The notes under the pieces are model-generated. The model was not told the origin of the DNA, made no database searches, and saw only the letters and a list, made by a program, of their open reading frames with translations. The translations under genes and the position numbers were made by a program. Positions 1 to 15,100 of a stretch of DNA of 63,852 nt are shown here, piece by piece. Position 1 is the stretch's first letter. Each line of letters opens with the position of its first letter. Origin of the DNA: Schmidtea polychroa (Eukaryota); contig CM097885.1 in NCBI GenBank assembly GCA_044892525.1, forward strand, positions 247,256,001 to 247,319,852, read 5' to 3'.

Positions 1-107
1 AAATGGTCACTGGTGTGCTACTAGTTAAAGAGAATGGTGTCGATATTTTCGGTGTGAAACATCCAATTATTTCCAATGCGAAAGATATTGTTGGGGATGT
101 TTGATCT
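1..107 (-). CDS. Start of a fifth PTS-type exon, truncated by the window edge
   Basis: Positions 1-107 are identical to 2241-2347 ([35 protein letters not shown]), acceptor at 108. Confidence 0.85.
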
Positions 108-3100
108 CTGAATTTAAGAAATGAATAAACGATTTCATTATTATTTATTTTTTTTTAAGTTCATATCTAATATTTGTCAAGATGCTTTTTCATAATTGTC
201 ATTAACATTTAAAAGTTGGCGAATATTACTGTTAATACTTGACATTTCAATTTCTTTAAATTTTTATTTTTAAATTTTATTTAAAAAGTTTCTGAAAAAT
301 TAATTTCTTTTCATAAAACTTGAATGTAGGCACGCTTGAAAAATGAAAAAGTAATTTTTTCTTTTATATCAATTCTAATGATTCTTTACAATAGAATGAC
401 CTGGTAGATTATATAGAAACGATTGACCAAAGCGTACGTTTTACTTCGACACTTTCAAAAATGTGGTAGAAAATTTTGATATTAGAGGTTATTTCTTACT
501 TTGGTTTATTGGGATTTTGAGATATATTAAATTCAATTATTTTCGTTGTGACATTTTATAAATTAAATTTGATATGTTACAGAAGTATTAAAACTATATC
601 TAATACCCTTAAAATATGATGAATTGTAACTTACATATTTTGTATTGTGGTAATACGAAATTCTATGTTTTGGATTTCTGAACCTGGATTTACTATTGGA
701 GAAGACAATTTGTCCAAAAGTGTATTAGTAGAAACTAAGTCTCTTCCTGTCATGGTTACGGAAGATTGGACACCATCTCGTAAGATGACAATAAATTGGA
801 AAGTTTTGATTTTCTGAGGTTTATCAGTAACGAAATTAATTTCATCGACTGCCGCTGATTGTGTTTCTAATAACAATTAATTGGAAAATGAATTTCTGCA
901 TTGACAGGGAAAAATAAATTTACGTCTTTGAGTAGGATTAACATCGATTAAAATTTTTGAACCGGTTAGGGATACACCTGAGACAGTTCCGAGTTTTTGG
1001 GTAGAATCGGTTGGCAGTTGTTTGTAATCAACAATAACAGTAATGTCGGAAGGCGGTATAATCTATTTGTATAAATATTTACTAAAATATTACAATAATA
1101 ATCTTATTACATTTATGTCAGACATTCCGTTTTTCTTATTGCACAATTGTGTACTAGTGACCAGTGGTGTAGATATTGTTCCAGAGATTTGGGAGGTTGT
1201 TGATGTTAATGATTTGGTTGATGAAATAGTACCAGATGTTGAACCTGTGGTTAATACAGTAGTAATGGTGGATGGAGTAGTCGATATAGTGGATTCTGTC
1301 GAGGAAGTTGGGGTTGTTGCACTTGTGGCAGTTTCTAATGTTGATGATGTTGGTGATACAATGGAAGTAGTTCCTGATATTAATGACGTTGTGCTTTCTG
1401 TTGAAGATGTCGTTGATGAGAGTGAACTAGATGTTGATGCTGGTCCCATAGTGTAAGTCGATATAGTGGATTCTGTCGAGGAAGTTGGTGTTGTTCCACT
1501 TGTGGCAGTTTCTAATGTTGATGATATTGGTGATACGATCGAAGTAGTTCCAGATATTAATGATGTTGATCTTTCTGTGGAAGATGTCGTTGATGAGAGT
1601 GAACTAGATGTTGATGCTGGTCCCATAGTGTAAGTCGATATAGTGGATTCTGTCGAGGAAGTTGGTGTTGTTCCACTTGTGGCAGTTTCTAATGTTGATG
1701 ATGTTGGTGATACGATGGAAGTAGTTCCTGATATTAATGATGTTGTGCTTTTTGTTGAAGATGTCGTTGATGAGAGTGAACTAGGTGTTGATGCTGGTCC
1801 CATAGTGTAAGTCGATATAGTGGATTCTGTCGAGGAAGTTGGTGTTGTTCCACTTGTGGCAGTTTCTAATGTTGATGATGTTGGTGATACGATGGAAGTA
1901 GTTCCTGATATTAATGATGTTGTGCTTTCTGTGGAAGATTTCGTTGATGAGAGTGAACTAGATGTTGATGCTGGTCCCATAGTGTAAGTCGATATAGTGG
2001 ATTCTGTCGAGGAAGTTGGTGTTGTTCCACTTGTGGCAGTTTCTAATGTTGATGATGTTGGTGATACGATGGAAGTAGTTCCTGATATTAATGATGTTGT
2101 GCTTTCTGTGGAAGATTTCGTTGATGAGAGTGAACTAGATGTTGATGCTGGTCCCATAGTGTAAGTCGATATAGTGGATTCTGTCGAGGAAGTTGGTGTT
2201 GTTCCACTTGTGGCAGTTTCTAATGTTGATGATGTTGGTGAAATGGTCACTGGTGTGCTACTAGTTAAAGAGAATGGTGTCGATATTTTCGGTGTGAAAC
2301 ATCCAATTATTTCCAATGCGAAAGATATTGTTGGGGATGTTTGATCTCTGAATTTAAGAAATGAATAAACGATTTCATTATTATTTATTTTTTTTTAAAT
2401 TCATATCTAATATTTGTCAAGATGCTTTTTCATAATTGTCATTAACATTTAAAAGTTGGCGAATATTACTGTTAATACTTGACATTTCAATTTCTTTAAA
2501 TTTTTATTTTTAAATTTTATTTAAAAAGTTTCTGAAAAATTAATTTCTTTTCATAAAACTTGAATGTAGGCACGCTTGAAAAATGAAAAAGTAATTTTTT
2601 CTTTTATATCAATTCTAATGATTCTTTACAATAGAATGACCTGGTAGATTATATAGAAACGATTGACCAAAGCGTACGTTTTACTTCGACACTTTCAAAA
2701 ATGTGGTAGAAAATTTTGATATTAGAGGTTATTTCTTACTTTGGTTTATTGGGATTTTGAGATATATTAAATTCAATTATTTTCGTTGTGACATTTTATA
2801 AATTAAATTTGATATGTTACAGAAGTATTAAAACTATATCTAATACCCTTAAAATATGATGAATTGTAACTTACATATTTTGTATTGTGGTAATACGAAA
2901 TTCTATGTTTTGGATTTCTGAACCTGGATTTACTATTGGAGAAGACAATTTGTCCAAAAGTGTATTAGTAGAAACTAAGTCTCTTCCTGTCATGGTTACG
3001 GAAGATTGGACACCATCTCGTAAGATGACAATAAATTGGAAAGTTTTGATTTTCTGAGGTTTATCAGTAACGAAATTAATTTCATCGACTGCCGCTGATT

Positions 3101-6100
3101 GTGTTTCTAATAACAATTAATTGGAAAATGAATTTCTGCATTGACAGGGAAAAATAAATTTACGTCTTTGAGTAGGATTAACATCGATTAAAATTTTTGA
3201 ACCGGTTAGGGATACACCTGAGACAGTTCCGAGTTTTTGGGTAGAATCGGTTGGCAGTTGTTTGTAATCAACAATAACAGTAATGTCGGAAGGCGGTATA
3301 ATCTATTTGTATAAATATTTACTAAAATATTACAATAATAATCTTATTACATTTATGTCAGACATTCCGTTTTTCTTATTGCACAATTGTGTACTAGTGA
3401 CCAGTGGTGTAGATATTGTTCCAGAGATTTGGGAGGTTGTTGATGTTAATGATTTGGTTGATGAAATAGTACCAGATGTTGAACCTGTGGTTAATACAGT
3501 AGTAATGGTGGATGGAGTAGTCGATATAGTGGATTCTGTCGAGGAAGTTGGGGTTGTTGCACTTGTGGCAGTTTCTAATGTTGATGATGTTGGTGATACA
3601 ATGGAAGTAGTTCCTGATATTAATGACGTTGTGCTTTCTGTTGAAGATGTCGTTGATGAGAGTGAACTAGATGTTGATGCTGGTCCCATAGTGTAAGTCG
3701 ATATAGTGGATTCTGTCGAGGAAGTTGGTGTTGTTCCACTTGTGGCAGTTTCTAATGTTGATGATATTGGTGATACGATCGAAGTAGTTCCAGATATTAA
3801 TGATGTTGATCTTTCTGTGGAAGATGTCGTTGATGAGAGTGAACTAGATGTTGATGCTGGTCCCATAGTGTAAGTCGATATAGTGGATTCTGTCGAGGAA
3901 GTTGGTGTTGTTCCACTTGTGGCAGTTTCTAATGTTGATGATGTTGGTGATACGATGGAAGTAGTTCCTGATATTAATGATGTTGTGCTTTTTGTTGAAG
4001 ATGTCGTTGATGAGAGTGAACTAGGTGTTGATGCTGGTCCCATAGTGTAAGTCGATATAGTGGATTCTGTCGAGGAAGTTGGTGTTGTTCCACTTGTGGC
4101 AGTTTCTAATGTTGATGATGTTGGTGATACGATCGAAGTAGTTCCAGATATTAATGATGTTGTTCTTTCTGTGGAAGATGTCGTTGATGAGAGTGAACTA
4201 GGTGTTGATGCTGGTCCCATAGTGTAAGTCGATATAGTGGATTCTGTCGAGGAAGTTGGTGTTGTTCCACTTGTGGCAGTTTCTAATGTTGATGATATTG
4301 GTGATACGATGGAAGTAGTTCCAGATATTAATGATGTTGTGCTTTCTGTTGAAGATGTCGTTGATGAGAGTGAACTAGATGTTGATGCTGGTCCCATAGT
4401 GTAAGTCGATATAGTGGATTCTGTCGAGGAAGTTGGTGTTGTTCCACTTGTGGCAGTTTCTAATGTTGATGATGTTGGTGATACGATCGAAGTAGTTCCT
4501 GATATTAATGATGTTGTTCTTTCTGTGGAAAATGTCGTTGATGAGAGTGAACTAGATGTTGATGCTGGTCCCATAGTGTAAGTCGATATAGTGGATTCTG
4601 TCGAGGAAGTTGGTGTTGTTCCACTTGTGGCAGTTTCTAATGTTGATGATGTTGGTGATACGATGGAAGTAGTTCCTGATATTAATGATGTTGTTCTTTC
4701 TGTTGAAGATATCGTTGATGAGAGTGAACTAGGTGTTGATGCTGGTCCCATAGTGTAAGTCGATATAGTGGATTCTGTCGAGGAAGTTGGTGTTGTTCCA
4801 CTTGTGGCAGTTTCTAATGTTGATGATATTGGTGATACGATCGAAGTAGTTCCTGATATTAATGATGTTGTGCTTTCTGTTGAAGATGTCGTTGATGAGA
4901 GTGAACTAGATGTTGATGCTGGTCCCATAGTGTAAGTCGATATAGTGGATTCTGTCGAGGAAGTTGGGGTTGTTCCACTTGTGGCAGTTTCTAATGTTGA
5001 TGATGTTGGTGATACGATCGAAGTAGTTCCTGATATTAATGATGTTGTTCTTTCTGTGGAAGATGTCGTTGATGAGAGTGAACTAGATGTTGATGCTGGT
5101 CCCATAGTGTAAGTCGATATAGTGGATTCTGTCGAGGAAGTTGGTGTTGTTCCACTTGTGGCAGTTTCTAATGTTGATGATGTTGGTGATTCGATGGAAG
5201 TAGTTCCTGATATTAATGATGTTGTGCTTTCTGTTGAAGATGTTGTTGATGAGAATGAACTAGATGTTGATGCTGGTCCCATTGTGTAAGTCGATATAGT
5301 GGATTCTGTCGAGGAAGTTGGTGTTGTTCCACTTGTGGCAGTTTCTAATGTTGATGATATTGGTGATACGATCGAAGTAGTTCCTGATATTAATGATGTT
5401 GTTCTTTCTGTGGAAGATGTCGTTGATGAGAGTGAACTAGATGTTGATGCTGGTCCCATAGTGTAAGTCGATATAGTGGATTCTGTCGAGGAAGTTGGTG
5501 TTGTTCCACTTGTGGCAGTTTCTAATGTTGATGATATTGGTGATACAATGGAAGTAGTTCCTGATATTAATGATGTTGTTCTTTCTGTGGAAGATGTCGT
5601 TGATGAGAGTGAACTAGATGTTGATGCTGGTCCCATAGTGAAAGTCGATATAGTGGATTCTGTCGAGGAAGTTGGTGTTGTTCCACTTGTGGCAGTTTCT
5701 AATGTTGATGATATTGGTGATACGATCGAAGTAGTTCCTGATATTAATGATGTTGTTCTTTCTGTGGAAGATGTCGTTGATGAGAGTGAACTAGATGTTG
5801 ATGCTGGTCCCATAGTGTAAGTCGATATAGTGGATTCTGTCGAGGAAGTTGGTGTTGTTCCACTTGTGGCAGTTTCTAATGTTGATGATATTGGTGATAC
5901 GATCGAAGTAGTTCCAGATATTAATGATGTTGTGCTTTCTGTTGAAGATGTCGTTGATGAGAGTGAACTAGATGTTGATGCTGGTCCCATAGTGTAAGTC
6001 GATATAGTGGATTCTGTCGAGGAAGTTGGTGTTGTTCCACTTGTGGCAGTTTCTAATGTTGATGATATTGGTGATACGATCGAAGTAGTTCCAGATATTA

Positions 6101-9100
6101 ATGATGTTGTGCTTTCTGTTGAAGATGTCGTTGATGAGAGTGAACTAGATGTTGATGCTGGTCCCATAGTGTAAGTCGATATAGTGGATTCTGTCGAGGA
6201 AGTTGGTGTTGTTCCACTTGTGGCAGTTTCTAATGTTGATGATATTGGTGATACAATGGAAGTAGTTCCTGATATTAATGATGTTGTTCTTTCTGTGGAA
6301 GATGTCGTTGATGAGAGTGAACTAGATGTTGATGCTGGTCCCATAGTGTAAGTCGATATAGTGGATTCTGTCGAGGAAGTTGGTGTTGTTCCACTTGTGG
6401 CAGTTTCTAATGTTGATGATATTGGTGATACGATCGAAGTAGTTCCTGATATTAATGATGTTGTTCTTTCTGTGGAAGATGTCGTTGATGAGAGTGAACT
6501 AGATGTTGATGCTGGTCCCATAGTGTAAGTCGATATAGTGGATTCTGTCGAGGAAGTTGGTGTTGTTCCACTTGTGGCAGTTTCTAATGTTGATGATATT
6601 GGTGATACGATCGAAGTAGTTCCTGATATTAATGATGTTGTTCTTTCTGTGGCAGATGTCGTTGATGAGAGTGAACTAGATGTTGATGCTGGTCCCATAG
6701 TGTAAGTCGATATAGTGGATTCTGTCGAGGAAGTTGGTGTTGTTCCACTTGTTGCAGTTTCTAATGTTGATGATATTGGTGATACGATGGAAGTAGTTCC
6801 TGATATTAATGATATTGTGCTTTCTGTTGAAGATGTTGATGAGAGTGAACTTGATGTTGATGCTGGTCCCATAGTGTAAGTCGATATAGTGGATTCTGTC
6901 GAGGAAGTTGGTGTTGTTCCACTTGTGGCAGTTTCTAATGTTGATGATATTGGTGATACAATGGAAGTAGTTCCTGATATTAATGATGTTGTTCTTTCTG
7001 TGGAAGATGTCGTTGATGAGAGTGAACTAGATGTTGATGCTGGTCCCATAGTGTAAGTCGATATAGTGGATTCTGTCGAGGAAGTTGGTGTTGTTCCACT
7101 TGTGGCAGTTTCTAATGTTGATGATGTTGGTGATACGATGGAAGTAGTTCCTGATATTAATGATGTTGTGCTTTCATTGGAAGATTTCGTTGATGAGAGT
7201 GAACTAGATGTTGATGCTGGTCCCATAGTGTAAGTCGATATAGTGGATTCTGTCGAGGAAGTTGGTGTTGTTCCTCTTGTGGCAGTTTCTAATGTTGATG
7301 ATGTTGGTGAAATGGTCACTGGTGTGCTACTAGTTAACGAGAATGGTGTCGATATTTTCGGTGTGAAACATCCAATTATTTCCAATGCGAAAGATATTGT
7401 TGGGGAGGTTTGATCTCTGAATTTAAGAAATGATTAAACGATTTCATTATTATTTATTTTTTTTGAAGTTCATATCTAATATTTGTCAAGATGCTTTTTC
7501 ATAATTGTCATTAACATTTAAAAGTTGGCGAATATTACTGTTAATACTTGACATTTCAATTTCTTTAAATTTTTATTTTTAAATTTTATTTAAAAAGTTT
7601 CTGAAAAATTAATTTCTTTTCATAAAACTTGAATGTAGGCACGCTTGAAAAATGAAAAAGTAATTTTTTCTTTTATATCAATTCTAATGATTCTTTACAA
7701 TAGAATGACCTGGTAGATTATATAGAAACGATTGACCAAAGCGTACGTTTTACTTCGACACTTTCAAAAATGTGGTAGAAAATTTTGATATTAGAGGTTA
7801 TTTCTTACTTTGGTTGTTTGGGATTTTGAGATATATTAAATTCAATTATTTTCGTTGTGACATTTTATAAATTAAATTTGATATGTTACAGAAGTATTAA
7901 AACTATATCTAATACCCTTAAAATATGATGAATTGTAACTTACATATTTTGTATTGTGGTAATACGAAATTCTATGTTTTGGATTTCTGAACCTGGATTT
8001 ACTATTGGAGAAGACAATTTGTCCAAAAGTGTATTAGTAGAAACTAAGTCTCTTCCTGTCATGGTTACGGAAGATTGGACACCATCTCGTAAGATGACAA
8101 TAAATTGGAAAGTTTTGATTTTCTGAGGTTTATCAGTAACGAAATTAATTTCATCGACTGCCGCTGATTGTGTTTCTAATAACAATTAATTGGAAAATGA
8201 ATTTCTGCATTGACAGGGAAAAATAAATTTACGTCTTTGAGTAGGATTAACATCGATTAAAATTTTTGAACCGGTTAGGGATACACCTGAGACAGTTCCG
8301 AGTTTTTGGGTAGAATCGGTTGGCAGTTGTTTGTAATCAACAATAACAGTAATGTCGGAAGGCGGTATAATCTATTTGTATAAATATTTACTAAAATATT
8401 ACAATAATAATCTTATTACATTTATGTCAGACATTCCGTTTTTCTTATTGCACAATTGTGTACTAGTGACCAGTGGTGTAGATATTGTTCCAGAGATTTG
8501 GGAGGTTGTTGATGTTAATGATTTGGTTGATGAAATAGTACCAGATGTTGAACCTGTGGTTAATACAGTAGTAATGGTGGATGGAGTAGTCGATATAGTG
8601 GATTCTGTCGAGGAAGTTGGGGTTGTTCCACTTGTGGCAGTTTCTAATGTTGATGATGTTGGTGATACAATGGAAGTAGTTCCTGATATTAATGACGTTG
8701 TGCTTTCTGTTGAAGATGTCGTTGATGAGAGTGAACTAGATGTTGATGCTGGTCCCATAGTGTAAGTCGATATAGTGGATTCTGTCGAGGAAGTTGGTGT
8801 TGTTCCACTTGTGGCAGTTTCTAATGTTGATGATATTGGTGATACGATCGAAGTAGTTCCAGATATTAATGATGTTGATCTTTCTGTTGAAGATGTCGTT
8901 GATGAGAGTGAACTAGATGTTGATGCTGGTCCCATAGTGTAAGTCGATATAGTGGATTCTGTCGAGGAAGTTGGTGTTGTTCCACTTGTGGCAGTTTCTA
9001 ATGTTGATGATGTTGGTGATACAATGGAAGTAGTTCCTGATATTAATGATGTTGTTCTTTCTGTGGAAGAGGTTGTTGATGAGAATGAACTAGATGTTGA

Positions 9101-12100
9101 TGCTGGTCCCATAGTGTAAGTCGATATAGTGGATTCTGTCGAGGAAGTTGGTGTTGTCCCACTTGTGGCAGTTTCTAATGTTGATGATATTGGTGATACG
9201 ATCGAAGTAGTTCCAGATATTAATGATGTTGTGCTTTCTGTGGAAGATGTCGTTGATGAGAGTGAACTAGATGTTGATGCTGGTCCCATAGTGTAAGTCG
9301 ATATAGTGGATTCTGTCGAGGAAGTTGGTGTTGTTCCACTTGTGGCAGTTTCTAATGTTGATGATGTTTGTGATACGATGGTAGTAGTTCCTGATATTAA
9401 TGATGTTGTGCTTTCTGTTGAAGATGTTGATGAGAGTGAACTTGATGTTGATGCTGGTCCCATAGTGAAAGTCGATATAGTGGATTCTGTCGAGGAAGTT
9501 GGTGTTGTTCCACTTGTGGCAGTTTCTAATGTTGATGATATTGGTGATACGATCGAAAAAGTTCCAGATATTAATGATGTTGTTCTTTCTGTTGAAGATG
9601 TCGTTGATGAGAGTGAACTAGATGTTGATGCTGGTCCCATAGTGTAAGTCGATATAGTGGATTCTGTCGAGGAAGTTGGTGTTGTTCCACTTGTGGCAGT
9701 TTCTAATGTTGATGATGTTGGTGATACAATGGAAGTAGTTCCTGATATTAATGATGTTGTTTTTTCTGTGGAAGATGTCGTTGATGAGAGTGAACTAGAT
9801 GTTGATGCTGGTCCCATAGTGAAAGTCGATATAGTGGATTCTGTCGAGGAAGTTGGTGTTGTTCCACTTGTGGCAGTTTCTAATGTTGATGATATTGGTG
9901 ATACGATCGAAGTAGTTCCTGATATTAATGATGTTGTTCTTTCTGTGGAAGATGTCGTTGATGAGAGTGAACTAGATGTTGATGCTGGTCCCATAGTGTA
10001 AGTCGATATAGTGGATTCTGTCGAGGAAGTTGGTGTTGTTCCACTTGTGGCAGTTTCTAATGTTGATGATATTGGTGATACGATCGAAGTAGTTCCAGAT
10101 ATTAATGATGTTGTGCTTTCTGTTGAAGATGTCGTTGATGAGAGTGAACTAGATGTTGATGCTGGTCCCATAGTGTAAGTCGATTTAGTGGATTCTGTCG
10201 AGGAAGTTGGTGTTGTTCCACTTGTGGCAGTTTCTAATGTTGATGATATTGGTGATACGATGGAAGTAGTTCCAGATATTAATGATGTTGTGCTTTCTGT
10301 TGAAGATGTCGTTGATGAGAGTGAACTAGATGTTGATGCTGGTCCCATAGTGTAAGTCGATATAGTGGATTCTGTCGAGGAAGTTGGTGTTGTTCCACTT
10401 GTGGCAGTTTCTAATGTTGATGATATTGGTGATACGATCGAAGTAGTTCCAGATATTAATGATGTTGTGCTTTCTGTTGAAGATGTCGTTGATGAGAGTG
10501 AACTAGATGTTGATGCTGGTCCCATAGTGTAAGTCGATATAGTGGATTCTGTCGAGGAAGTTGGTGTTGTTCCACTTGTGGCAGTTTCTAATGTTGATGA
10601 TGTTGGTGATACAATGGAAGTAGTTCCTGATATTAATGATGTTGTTTTTTCTGTGGAAGATGTCGTTGATGAGAGTGAACTAGATGTTGATGCTGGTCCC
10701 ATAGTGAAAGTCGATATAGTGGATTCTGTCGAGGAAGTTGGTGTTGTTCCACTTGTGGCAGTTTCTAATGTTGATGATATTGGTGATACGATCGAAGTAG
10801 TTCCTGATATTAATGATGTTGTTCTTTCTGTGGAAGATGTCGTTGATGAGAGTGAACTAGATGTTGATGCTGGTCCCATAGTGTAAGTCGATATAGTGGA
10901 TTCTGTCGAGGAAGTTGGTGTTGTTCCACTTGTGGCAGTTTCTAATGTTGATGATATTGGTGATACGATCGAAGTAGTTCCAGATATTAATGATGTTGTG
11001 CTTTCTGTTGAAGATGTCGTTGATGAGAGTGAACTAGATGTTGATGCTGGTCCCATAGTGTAAGTCGATTTAGTGGATTCTGTCGAGGAAGTTGGTGTTG
11101 TTCCACTTGTGGCAGTTTCTAATGTTGATGATATTGGTGATACGATGGAAGTAGTTCCAGATATTAATGATGTTGTGCTTTCTGTTGAAGATGTCGTTGA
11201 TGAGAGTGAACTAGATGTTGATGCTGGTCCCATAGTGTAAGTCGATATAGTGGATTCTGTCGAGGAAGTTGGTGTTGTTCCACTTGTGGCAGTTTCTAAT
11301 GTTGATGATATTGGTGATACGATCGAAGTAGTTCCAGATATTAATGATGTTGTGCTTTCTGTTGAAGATGTCGTTGATGAGAGTGAACTAGATGTTGATG
11401 CTGGTCCCATAGTGTAAGTCGATATAGTGGATTCTGTCGAGGAAGTTGGTGTTGTTCCACTTGTGGCAGTTTCTAATGTTGATGATATTGGTGATACAAT
11501 GGAAGTAGTTCCTGATATTAATGATGTTGTTTTTTCTGTGGAAGATGTCGTTGATGAGAGTGAACTAGATGTTGATGCTGGTCCCATAGTGAAAGTCGAT
11601 ATAGTGGATTCTGTCGAGGAAGTTGGTGTTGTTCCACTTGTGGCAGTTTCTAATGTTGATGATATTGGTGATACGATCGAAGTAGTTCCTGATATTAATG
11701 ATGTTGTTCTTTCTGTGGAAGATGTCGTTGATGAGAGTGAACTAGATGTTGATGCTGGTCCCATAGTGTAAGTCGATATAGTGGATTCTGTCGAGGAAGT
11801 TGGTGTTGTTCCACTTGTGGCAGTTTCTAATGTTGATGATATTGGTGATACGATCGAAGTAGTTCCAGATATTAATGATGTTGTGCTTTCTGTTGAAGAT
11901 GTCGTTGATGAGAGTGAACTAGATGTTGATGCTGGTCCCATAGTGTAAGTCGATTTAGTGGATTCTGTCGAGGAAGTTGGTGTTGTTCCACTTGTGGCAG
12001 TTTCTAATGTTGATGATATTGGTGATACGATGGAAGTAGTTCCAGATATTAATGATGTTGTGCTTTCTGTTGAAGATGTCGTTGATGAGAGTGAACTAGA

Positions 12101-15100
12101 TGTTGATGCTGGTCCCATAGTGTAAGTCGATATAGTGGATTCTGTCGAGGAAGTTGGTGTTGTTCCACTTGTGGCAGTTTCTAATGTTGATGATATTGGT
12201 GATACGATCGAAGTAGTTCCAGATATTAATGATGTTGTGCTTTCTGTTGAAGATGTCGTTGATGAGAGTGAACTAGATGTTGATGCTGGTCCCATAGTGT
12301 AAGTCGATATAGTGGATTCTGTCGAGGAAGTTGGTGTTGTTCCACTTGTGGCAGTTTCTAATGTTGATGATGTTGGTGAAATGGTCACTGGTGTGCTACT
12401 AGTTAAGGAGAATGGTGTCGATATTTTCGGTGTGAAACATCCAATTATTTCCAATGCGAAAGATATTGTTGGGGATGTTTGATCTCTGAATTTAAGAAAT
12501 GATTAAACGATTTCATTATTATTTTTTTTTTTTTAGTTCATATCTAATATTTGTCAAGATGCTTTTTCATAATTGTCATTAACATTTAAAAGTTGGCGAA
12601 TATTACTGTTAATACTTGACATTTCAATTTCTTTAAATTTTTATTTTTAAATTTTATTTAAAAAGTTTCTGAAAAATTAATTTCTTTTCATAAAACTTGA
12701 ATGTAGGCACGCTTGAAAAATGAAAAAGTAATTTTTTCTTTTATATCAATTCTAATGATTCTTTACAATAGAATGACCTGGTAGATTATATAGAAACGAT
12801 TGACCAAAGCGTACGTTTTACTTCGACACTTTCAAAATTGTGGTAGAAAATTTTGATATTAGAGGTTATTTCTTACTTTGGTTTATTGGGATTTTGAGAT
12901 ATATTAAATTCAATTATTTTCGTTGTGTCATTTTATAAATTAAATTTGATATGTTACAGAAGTATTAAAACTATATCTAATACCCTTAAAATATGATGAA
13001 TTGTAACTTACATATTTTGTATTGTGGTAATACGAAATTCTATGTTTTGGATTTCTGAACCTGGATTTACTATTGGAGAAGACAATTTGTCCAAAAGTGT
13101 ATTAGTAGAAACTAAGTCTCTTCCTGTCATGGTTACGGAAGATTGGACACCATCTCGTAAGATGACAATAAATTGGAAAGTTTTGATTTTCTGAGGTTTA
13201 TCAGTAACGAAATTAATTTCATCGACTGCCGCTGATTGTGTTTCTAATAACAATTAATTGGAAAATGAATTTCTGCATTGACAGGGAAAAATAAATTTAC
13301 GTCTTTGAGTAGGATTAACATCGATTAAAATTTTTGAACCGGTTAGGGATACACCTGAGACAGTTCCGAGTTTTTGGGTAGAATCGGTTGGCAGTTGTTT
13401 GTAATCAACAATAACAGTAATGTCGGAAGGCGGTATAATCTATTTGTATAAATATTTACTAAAATATTACAATAATAATCTTATTACATTTATGTCAGAC
13501 ATTCCGTTTTTCTTATTGCACAATTGTGTACTAGTGACCAGTGGTGTAGATATTGTTCCAGAGATTTGGGAGGTTGTTGATGTTAATGATTTGGTTGATG
13601 AAATAGTACCAGATGTTGAACCTGTGGTTAATACAGTAGTAATAGTGGATGGAGTAGTCGATATAGTGGATTCTGTCGAGGAAGTTGGGGTTGTTGCACT
13701 TGTGGCAGTTTCTAATGTTGATGATGTTGGTGATACAATGGAAGTAGTTCCTGATATTAATGACGTTGTGCTTTCTGTTGAAGATGTCGTTGATGAGAGT
13801 GAACTAGATGTTGATGCTGGTCCCATAGTGTAAGTCGATATAGTGGATTCTGTCGAGGAAGTTGGTGTTGTTCCACTTGTGGCAGTTTCTAATGTTGATG
13901 ATGTTGGTGATACGATCGAAGTAGTTCCTGATATTAATGATGTTGTTCTTTCTGTGGAAGATTTCGTTGATGAGAGTGAACTAGATGTTGATGCTGGTCC
14001 CATAGTGTAAGTCGATATAGTGGATTCTGTCGAGGAAGTTGGTGTTGTTCCACTTGTGGCAGTTTCTAATGTTGATGATATTGGTGATACGATCGAAGTA
14101 GTTCCTGATATTAATGATGTTGTGCTTTCTGTTGAAGATGTTGTTGATGAGAACGAACTAGATGTTGATGCTGGTCCCATAGTGTAAGTCGATATAGTGG
14201 ATTCTGTCGAGGAAGTTGGGGTTGTTCCACTTGTGGCAGTTTCTAATGTTGATGATATTGGTGATACGATCGAAGTAGTTCCAGATATTAATGATGTTGT
14301 GCTTTCTGTTGAAGATGTCGTTGATGAGAGTGAACTAGATGTTGATGCTGGTCCCATAGTGTAAGTCGATATAGTGGATTCTGTCGAGGAAGTTGGTGTT
14401 GTTCCACTTGTGGCAGTTTCTAATGTTGATGATATTGGTGATACGATCGAAAAAGTTCCAGATATTAATGATGTTGTTCTTTCTGTTGAAGATGTCGTTG
14501 ATGAGAGTGAACTAGATGTTGATGCTGGTCCCATAGTGTAAGTCGATATAGTGGATTCTGTCGAGGAAGTTGGGGTTGTTCCACTTGTGGCAGTTTCTAA
14601 TGTTGATGATGTTGGTGATACGATCGAAGTAGTTCCTGATATTAATGATGTTGTTCTTTCTGTGGAAGATGTCGTTGATGAGAGTGAACTAGATGTTGAT
14701 GCTGGTCCCATAGTGTAAGTCGATATAGTGGATTCTGTCGAGGAAGTTGGTGTTGTTCCACTTGTGGCAGTTTCTAATGTTGATGATGTTGGTGATACGA
14801 TGGAAGTAGTTCCAGATATTAATGATGTTGTTCTTTCTGTGGAAGATGTCGTTGATGAGAGTGAACTAGGTGTTGATGCTGGTCCCATAGTGTAAGTCGA
14901 TATAGTGGATTCTGTCGAGGAAGTTGGTGTTGTTCCACTTGTGGCAGTTTCTAATGTTGATGATATTGGTGATACGATCGAAGTAGTTCCAGATATTAAT
15001 GATGTTGTGCTTTTTGTTGAAGATGACGTTGATGAGAGTGAACTAGATGTTGATGCTGGTCCCATAGTGTAAGTCGATATAGTGGATTCTGTCGAGGAAG

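Larger units (their letters stand above)
1..13670. repeat. Four near-identical ~1.3-kb exon-plus-intron segments interleaved with variable-length 177-bp arrays
   Basis: The segment beginning aaatggtcactggtgtg starts at 1, 2241, 7310 and 12379 (spacings 2240, 5069, 5069). The shared 526-527-nt intron differs only by a few SNPs and poly-T length. Confidence 0.92.
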
